Shown: one piece after another, positions 58,066-64,000 of the stretch
Layout of the letters: every line of letters starts with the position of its first letter
Position numbering within the stretch: the first letter of the stretch is position 1
Origin: an uncultured bacterium
Lineage (GTDB): Bacteria; UBP14; UBA6098; B30-G16
DNA length: 64,000 bases
NCBI GenBank assembly: GCA_965552135.1
Contig: CBEVQY010000011.1
Location: 864-64,863, forward strand
Reading direction: 5' to 3'
Position numbers and translations under genes: made by a program
Notes under the pieces: model-generated
Databases searched by the model: none
Seen by the model: only the letters and a program-made list of their open reading frames with translations
What the model was told of the DNA's origin: nothing

Positions 58066-61000
58066 CTACCTCATGAGCACGACCGTGCCGTCGCAGATTA
58101 TCTCGCCGCCCCGGGTGATGATGTAGACGTACAGTCCGGGCGGGAGGGGGTTGCCGTTTTTATCTCTGCCGTCCCACATGCGCAGGTCGAAGTCCTCGTA
58201 GGCGCTTATCGGTCCGATCTGACCGCGGTAGACCTCTACGTTGCGCAGGTCGAATATCCTGATTTCGGCGGGCTCGCTGAACATGTACGGGTAGTCGAAT
58301 ACGACGATGTCGTTGCGACCGTCGTCGTTGGGCGTGAACGGATTGGGGTGGATGTAGCATCCCACCTCGGGCTCCACCGAGAACCACCAGAGCGTATCGT
58401 TGCAGTTTGGGGCGCAGTAGTCGGGCGCATCGCACGCGTGCAGGCTGAGCCAAACTGTGTCACCGGGCGGGAAGACGAGCCCTGCGGCATCGCTTTGGAA
58501 GACAAGCTCGCCCGTGGCGGGATCGTACAGCACCACAGCGCCGTCGACGGAGTAGTCTATTCCGTTTACCGAGACCACGATCGAGCTAACGTCGACTCCG
58601 GCGAGGTTGTCGGAGACGTTCATCGCGATGTCGGGGGCGGTCGTTCGAACCATCATGCCCTCGCTGGGGAACACAAGGGAGAGCGCAGGCGGCTCAAGGT
58701 CGACGGCAAAGCTGAACGAAAGGGTATCCCACATCGGGTTGCCAAGCACGTCCAGAACGCCGGTGAGGCTGACGGTCACAAGCTCCTCGTTGAAGAAGTA
58801 TCCCTCCTGCGGCGTGAATATCAGCTCTTGTGCGAGTGTGTCGTAGGTTAGTCTTGGGTCGCCCCAGGCTATGGCGCTGTCGCCGACGGCAAGCGTTATG
58901 CTGGAGAGGTCGACTCCGTCGGGGTCCCAGAGGCGGATGCGGATCTGCTGGTCGTCGCAAGCCGTGATGCTCCCCGGCAGCGGCTCCAGGGGCTCGGCGC
59001 GAGGACCCGCAAGGACGGGAACGACAAAGTCCGACCACCCAAGCAGCGGGTCGGCGTCGTTGCAGAAGTCGTAGTCGCCGTCGTGGGCGAAGACGCGTAC
59101 GAGGACCGTCGTCGTGTCATCAAAAGGACCGACGTTCGCGGTGCTCACAAGCCTGCAGCACGTAAGACCCGTTATGGTGTCGGTCCAGCAGTCGGAGACG
59201 GACAGCCAAACGGTGTCGCAGCTTGCCTCGACCTCGCCGTCGGTGTCGTAAACCGCGAACGGCGCGAAGGGCTCCCCGCCCAAAACGCCGGATTCATCGC
59301 ACACGTCGACCGATATGCCGAACGACACCTGCGTGGAGACGTAGGCTGGCGAGAAGTTCGAGAAGGCGGGCGGCGTTGTGTCGTCGTCGACGACCCAGAA
59401 GCTCCACGCAAAGCTGCCCCAGTTGGGCTCGCAGTAATCGGGCTCCAGGTCGGATGCCGAGACGACAACGCTTATCGTCTCGCCCTCGGGGAAGTATATG
59501 CCGCCCACAAGCTGGCTGTCGTCGCACCAGGAGTAGTCGACGCCAAGCTCGGTGGGGTCTGCGCTGGATGGGTCGATGACGAAGGTTGTTCCGTCGAAGG
59601 CTACGGCGGGGTCGCCGTAGTGGAGCGTTACCTCCCCCGTTGCGCCGAATACACCTCCGATTGTGAGCGAGAGGCTCGTCGGCTCGACGGCGCGCAGCGA
59701 GTCGATTGCCGAAACGCTTACACTCGCCTGCGGGTTTGAGGTTGCGCCCGATGGGCTTTCGTTCCAGAAGACGGGCGGCGAAAGATCAACAAACCAGCTC
59801 CAGCAAAGCGGCAAGCCCTCCACGGGCGTTCCGGCGATGTCTGTGGCGCTGTCGAGGCAGACGTCGACAACCTGACCGTCGAGCCACGGCGAAGGAGGAT
59901 TGAAAACCAAAAGCGGCTCGCTCCACGAAAGAACGACACCGTCGACGACGTAGGTGCTCCCCTCAACCGTCAGCCTGAACGAAGCCTCGTCAAGGGGCAG
60001 ACCGCTGTCCGGAGGCGCTATCCGTATTATTATCGGCTGGTCGTCGCAGGTCGACCACGTCGACTCCAGGGGCTCCACAATCTCAGGCGTTCCCGTTGGG
60101 CAGGGCTGCGTGTGGAAGGATGGGTCAACACCGCCGGCGAAGGTATCGCCCGGCACCGTTATGACGCCGCACAGCGTGTCGACACCAAGGCTTTCGGCGT
60201 AATATCCGCACGTGTCGCCGCGGCAGTCGAGCGGCAGGCAGAGGTTGTACGACTCGACGTGCCACGTGTGCGTCTCTCCGCAGCCGAAGGGACCGACGTC
60301 GAAGCAGGTGTCGGTGATGCCCGTTGCGACGGCGGAGCCGTCAACGTAGAGGTCGAAGTAGACGGGTGCATCGCCCTCGGGCATCTCCCAGCACAGCGTC
60401 ACAGGCTCGCCGTACGCAACCGTGTCGCCTGAAGCGGGGATGTGATAGGTGAAGGGACCCGGGGCATCGTGCTCGTAGCGGACGATTATCGTATCCGAAG
60501 CGGCGCAGCCAACGCCGTCGACGACGTCGACGACAAGCACCACCGTCGACTCAGGCTCAAACGAGAAAGTCTCCTCCGTGCTGTAGACAACTCCGTCGAG
60601 GTCGTGCCACGTTATCGATACGGGCTCGATCGCGGTTCCCGAAAGCGCTGTGCATTCCAAAAGCGCAACGCCGTCAGGACAAACCGATATGTCGCCTCCT
60701 GCATCGACCTGCGGGTCGGTCACGGTGACGTAGACGGTGTCGTAGGCTGTGCAGCCGGTGGCGTCGGTGACCTGGACGATGTACTCCGTCACGCCGTAGG
60801 GCGGCACGGCAACAACGTCCTCAACGTGGCTGTCGACGCACGCATCGGGCGGTGACCAGCTGTAGCTGTATGGACCCACACCGCCCGAGACAGTGGCGTC
60901 TATCGTGAAACTAACGCTTCCGGACGGGTGGCAGATGACTGTGTCGTCCATCTCGATTGAGACCGCAAGGTCGCACTCCATTATCCAGACGAGGTAGCAT

Positions 61001-64000
61001 GTGTCGGTTTCGTTTGGCGGGCAGTAGTCGGGTTTGTCGCCTGCGTGGAGGCATATCTGGAGCGTGTCGCCGCGTTCTGGCGTTATGCCGGCGCAGGCGA
61101 GGTCGAGGGTGAAGTGGGAGCCGCTCCAGCTTACGCACGGGTCGGAGACGCCGAACACCACGCCATCAACCGAAACCCAAACGAGCGTGTCGGAGACGCC
61201 TGAGTATGCGTCGGCGATATCCACCTCGATTGTTGTGAAGTCGCCCAAAACGTGGGCGCCAGGCGATGGCGAAATTCCCGCAAGCGTTGGCGGCGAAAGA
61301 TCAACGACAAAGCTCCAGACAACGGGGGCGTCCTCAAGCGGGTTGCCGAAGACGTCGCTTGCTGAAAGGAGCGAGCAGACCACCGCCTCGCCGTCCGTCC
61401 AAAGCGAGGGCGGCGTAAACACAAGCGAATCGCTCGAAGCGTAGTAAACAAGCTCGGGGTCCGAGGTCGTGTAGTGGGTTCCGTTGACGGAGAGGAGTAT
61501 TGTGCTTTCGTCCACGCCGTCGAGGTCGGCGAGCCTGATTATGATTTTCTGGTCGTCGCACGCGGAGAAGGTTGAATCTAATGGTTCAAGCGGCGTTGCC
61601 CGCGGACCGCCCACGGGGACCGAGAAGCTCCAGCACGTATCAAGCTCGTTCGGCGGGCAGAAGTCCGGCGTGTCGGTTGCGCTTATGCAGAACTGAACGA
61701 CGTCGCCGCCTGAAAGCGTGATCCCCATTGTGGCGAAGTCGGCGCTCCAGCTTGTGCCGCTGTGGGATATGCCCGCGTCGCCCAGGGTGTAGCAGCTTGG
61801 CGCACCGCCGGAGATGCTTATGCAGATTTGAACGCTCCCCAGGGCAACGCCCGAGAGGGCGTCGACGAGGTCGAACGTCACCACGGGCGTAAGCGTGGCG
61901 ATCTCCGAACCCGGCGGCGGCCATGCGCCGGGCGGAACGTAGGGCGCAGAAAGGTCAACAGAATAGCTCCAGCTGTAGGTCGTTGCCAGGGGGTTGCCCG
62001 GGAAGTCGGTTGCCGCCGCAAGGACGACCGAGACGACCTCGCCGTCGGCGAAAAGCGATTCGGGCAAGAAGCACACGCGCTCGCCGTCGTAGGTGAGTTC
62101 CCCGTCGCCGACCGTGTGGGTGTCGCCGTTCACAAGGACGATTATGCTCGCCGGGTCGACGCCGTGCGAGATCTCGGTGTCGACGAGCTCGAAGCAGAAG
62201 CCCTGATCGGCGCAGGCTGATATGGCGCCGTCAAGCTCCCCGCCGCTTGCGGGGTCCTCAAGCCCTCCCGCCACAGGTCCGTAAAGATCAACGACGAACC
62301 AGAAGCAGTGCTCAAGCGAGTTCGCAGGGCAGTACGACGTATCGACGGCGTCGGCGGCGTAAACGCAGACGTTGACCGTGTCGTTGTGGGAGAATATCCC
62401 GTCGTAGGTTAGGGTCCAGAAGGTGAGCCCGCCGTAGGAGGAGTCGGAGACGGTCGGTGAAACTGCCGCGCCGTTTACCGTCATCGAGAGGGTCGTGGAA
62501 TCGACGCCCGAGATCGAATCGACGATGACGACCCACACGCCCGGCGATGGTGTGATTACGGTCTCGCCGCTTGCGGGTGAGAAGTCTATCACCGCGGGCG
62601 GGGTGAGATCAACGGTGAAAGTTCCGCTAAGCGGTGCGGCGAGGCTGTCGCCGAGGACGTCGTTTGCCGCAATAAGCGCCCAGCTCACTACCTCGCCGTC
62701 GCTCCACAGGGGCGAGGGGACGAACCTGAGCGTGTCGGGCGACCACGAAAGCCGCGGGTCGGATGTCCCCATCGTGTCGCCGTTGACGACAAAGCGAATC
62801 GTGCTCTCGTCTATGCCAATGCTCGACGTTATCCTGAGCAGGATCTGCTGGTCGGCGCAGGACAGGAAGACGCCGTCCTGGGGCGTAAGAAGCTCCGCAA
62901 CGGGCGCCTCTGAGGCGAGCTGGAAGCTCCAGCACGTATCAAGCTCGTTCGGCGGGCAGTAGTCGGGCATATCCGCGGCGGAGATGCAGACCTGCACCAC
63001 CTCGCCGGCGGCAAACTCGATCCCCACGTCGCTCAGGTTGACCACAAACGTTGGCGGCGACCAGCTTGCGCCAGCGTCGCCTACGCCGAACTCCTGCGTC
63101 CCACCCGACCACGTTACACTAAGCGTGATCGATGTCTCGTCCAGGCCGGAGAGCGTGTCGTCCAAGAAGCACGATATCGTTGGCGACGGGTCAGTGATGA
63201 CGGCTCCGTCGGGCGGGTTGAAGTCCCAGGCATAGGGCGGCGAGAGGTCGACCCTGAAGTACCAGCACACGGGCGCGTCGATGTGGTTGTCGTAGACATC
63301 CGCGGCGTCGACGAGGCAGACGTAAACCGACTCGCCGTCCGACCAGCCCGCAGGCGGAACGAAGACGAGCGTATCCGACGAATACGAAAGCACGACGCCG
63401 TCCACGGTAAACGTGTCGGCGTCAACGGCAAGCACGATGGACGATACGTCAACGCCGTCGGAGTCGGATATCGCGATTACGATGTTTTGGTCCACGCAGG
63501 CGCTCCACGTGCCCGCAAGCGGCTCAACAATACTTACGGAAGGACCCGAGCAGGGGAATATCGTAAAGCTCTGCGGCTCGCTCGAAGCCTCACCGCAGGC
63601 GTTTACGGCAACAACATACCACTCGTAGCTCTCCCCGCAGTCGCCGTAACCTGTGGCGGTGGTGTCGGTTGTGGTTGCCAGCGTTTCGCCGTTGACGATG
63701 ACAACGTACGTGATCGGCGCAGAGCCCGAAGAGGCGTGCCAGACGAAGCCGACGGACCCGGTCGCAAAGCTTGTGTCCGCAGGCGGGAAAATCAAAACGG
63801 GGGCATCGGGCGACGTTTGCGTGTAGAAGGTCCACACCTCGCTTGTGTCGCTTCCGCACAGGTTGCTTGCCACAACGAACCAGCTTATCGTGTCGTCACA
63901 GGCAACCGTTATGTCGAACTGATCTTCGTAGATCCCCGTTGCCACGGGCACCCCGTTGACGTAGACGTCGTACGTGAACGGTCCGCTTCCTGAGGTTGGC
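58066..64000 (-). CDS. Giant secreted protein (>1961 aa, 5' end beyond window) of tandem Big_5/SbsA-like Ig repeats with T9SS type-B-like CTD
   Basis: The ORF is open to the window end. It has at least 8 repeats of the form 'EPL.G..S.C.DQ.I.I...D.DGVD.S.I.L.V.G...DP.L.......L.F.P...W.DGE.V...L....D..GN'. The C-terminus 'CYIHPNPFTPNDDGRNDIVVFDYP...IRIFDLRNVEVYRG...GLYVYII' resembles the gliding-motility/type-B sorting domain. Confidence 0.75.
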   Translation of the reverse strand, partial: PTSGSGPFTYDVYVNGVPVATGIYEDQFDITVACDDTISWFVVASNLCGSDTSEVWTFYTQTSPDAPVLIFPPADTSFATGSVGFVWHASSGSAPITYVVIVNGETLATTTDTTATGYGDCGESYEWYVVAVNACGEASSEPQSFTIFPCSGPSVSIVEPLAGTWSACVDQNIVIAISDSDGVDVSSIVLAVDADTFTVDGVVLSYSSDTLVFVPPAGWSDGESVYVCLVDAADVYDNHIDAPVCWYFRVDLSPPYAWDFNPPDGAVITDPSPTISCFLDDTLSGLDETSITLSVTWSGGTQEFGVGDAGASWSPPTFVVNLSDVGIEFAAGEVVQVCISAADMPDYCPPNELDTCWSFQLASEAPVAELLTPQDGVFLSCADQQILLRITSSIGIDESTIRFVVNGDTMGTSDPRLSWSPDTLRFVPSPLWSDGEVVSWALIAANDVLGDSLAAPLSGTFTVDLTPPAVIDFSPASGETVITPSPGVWVVIVDSISGVDSTTLSMTVNGAAVSPTVSDSSYGGLTFWTLTYDGIFSHNDTVNVCVYAADAVDTSYCPANSLEHCFWFVVDLYGPVAGGLEDPASGGELDGAISACADQGFCFELVDTEISHGVDPASIIVLVNGDTHTVGDGELTYDGERVCFLPESLFADGEVVSVVLAAATDFPGNPLATTYSWSYSVDLSAPYVPPGAWPPPGSEIATLTPVVTFDLVDALSGVALGSVQICISISGGAPSCYTLGDAGISHSGTSWSADFATMGITLSGGDVVQFCISATDTPDFCPPNELDTCWSFSVPVGGPRATPLEPLDSTFSACDDQKIIIRLADLDGVDESTILLSVNGTHYTTSDPELVYYASSDSLVFTPPSLWTDGEAVVCSLLSASDVFGNPLEDAPVVWSFVVDLSPPTLAGISPSPGAHVLGDFTTIEVDIADAYSGVSDTLVWVSVDGVVFGVSDPCVSWSGSHFTLDLACAGITPERGDTLQICLHAGDKPDYCPPNETDTCYLVWIMECDLAVSIEMDDTVICHPSGSVSFTIDATVSGGVGPYSYSWSPPDACVDSHVEDVVAVPPYGVTEYIVQVTDATGCTAYDTVYVTVTDPQVDAGGDISVCPDGVALLECTALSGTAIEPVSITWHDLDGVVYSTEETFSFEPESTVVLVVDVVDGVGCAASDTIIVRYEHDAPGPFTYHIPASGDTVAYGEPVTLCWEMPEGDAPVYFDLYVDGSAVATGITDTCFDVGPFGCGETHTWHVESYNLCLPLDCRGDTCGYYAESLGVDTLCGVITVPGDTFAGGVDPSFHTQPCPTGTPEIVEPLESTWSTCDDQPIIIRIAPPDSGLPLDEASFRLTVEGSTYVVDGVVLSWSEPLLVFNPPSPWLDGQVVDVCLDSATDIAGTPVEGLPLCWSWFVDLSPPVFWNESPSGATSNPQASVSVSAIDSLRAVEPTSLSLTIGGVFGATGEVTLHYGDPAVAFDGTTFVIDPSSADPTELGVDYSWCDDSQLVGGIYFPEGETISVVVSASDLEPDYCEPNWGSFAWSFWVVDDDTTPPAFSNFSPAYVSTQVSFGISVDVCDESGVLGGEPFAPFAVYDTDGEVEASCDTVWLSVSDCWTDTITGLTCCRLVSTANVGPFDDTTTVLVRVFAHDGDYDFCNDADPLLGWSDFVVPVLAGPRAEPLEPLPGSITACDDQQIRIRLWDPDGVDLSSITLAVGDSAIAWGDPRLTYDTLAQELIFTPQEGYFFNEELVTVSLTGVLDVLGNPMWDTLSFSFAVDLEPPALSLVFPSEGMMVRTTAPDIAMNVSDNLAGVDVSSIVVSVNGIDYSVDGAVVLYDPATGELVFQSDAAGLVFPPGDTVWLSLHACDAPDYCAPNCNDTLWWFSVEPEVGCYIHPNPFTPNDDGRNDIVVFDYPYMFSEPAEIRIFDLRNVEVYRGQIGPISAYEDFDLRMWDGRDKNGNPLPPGLYVYIITRGGEIICDGTVVLMR

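Overview
This is a high-GC (roughly 60%) bacterial chromosomal segment. A housekeeping backbone covers secD(partial)-secF-thiL, mtaB-like, recF-dciA-like, nadB, sucD, yidC, rbfA, nrnA-like, purQ, tRNA-Arg(CCG) and tRNA-Asp(GTC). It is interleaved with a very large amount of secreted and surface-protein coding capacity.

At least 10 genes end in a ~75-90 aa T9SS-type C-terminal sorting domain. Most carry the type A motif 'PNPFN...TxIxF...' followed by a basic tail. The final gene, a minus-strand giant truncated by the window end, carries a type B-like motif 'NPFTPNDDGRND'. Several mature N-termini begin with Gln immediately after the predicted signal-peptidase I site, which fits the Bacteroidota-type 'Q-rule'. 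Many genes nonetheless carry strong AGGAGG Shine-Dalgarno sites, which argues against Bacteroidia proper. Together these suggest an uncultivated FCB-superphylum lineage.

The standout feature is a ~26 kb run (37.5-64 kb) of five consecutive T9SS cargo genes. Four are giant (2661, 2144, 1647 and more than 1961 aa) and are built from bacterial Ig-like (Big_5/SbsA-like), cadherin-like (He_PIG), Fn3, cohesin-like and CBM9-like modules. Three consecutive members share a previously unnamed ~100 aa N-terminal module beginning 'QG-x-PH'.

Other notable items:
- A 1275 aa S8 subtilase is followed by three small secreted proteins, two of which are paralogs.
- A lower-GC block of T9SS cargo genes lies downstream of tRNA-Asp, with evidence that a CTD was swapped between two cargo genes.
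- A 168 bp perfect direct repeat sits inside an SBBP beta-propeller gene.
- A GGDEF protein has a degenerate active-site motif.
- An orphan exbD is present without exbB or tonB.

No integrase, transposase, CRISPR array or phage gene was seen.
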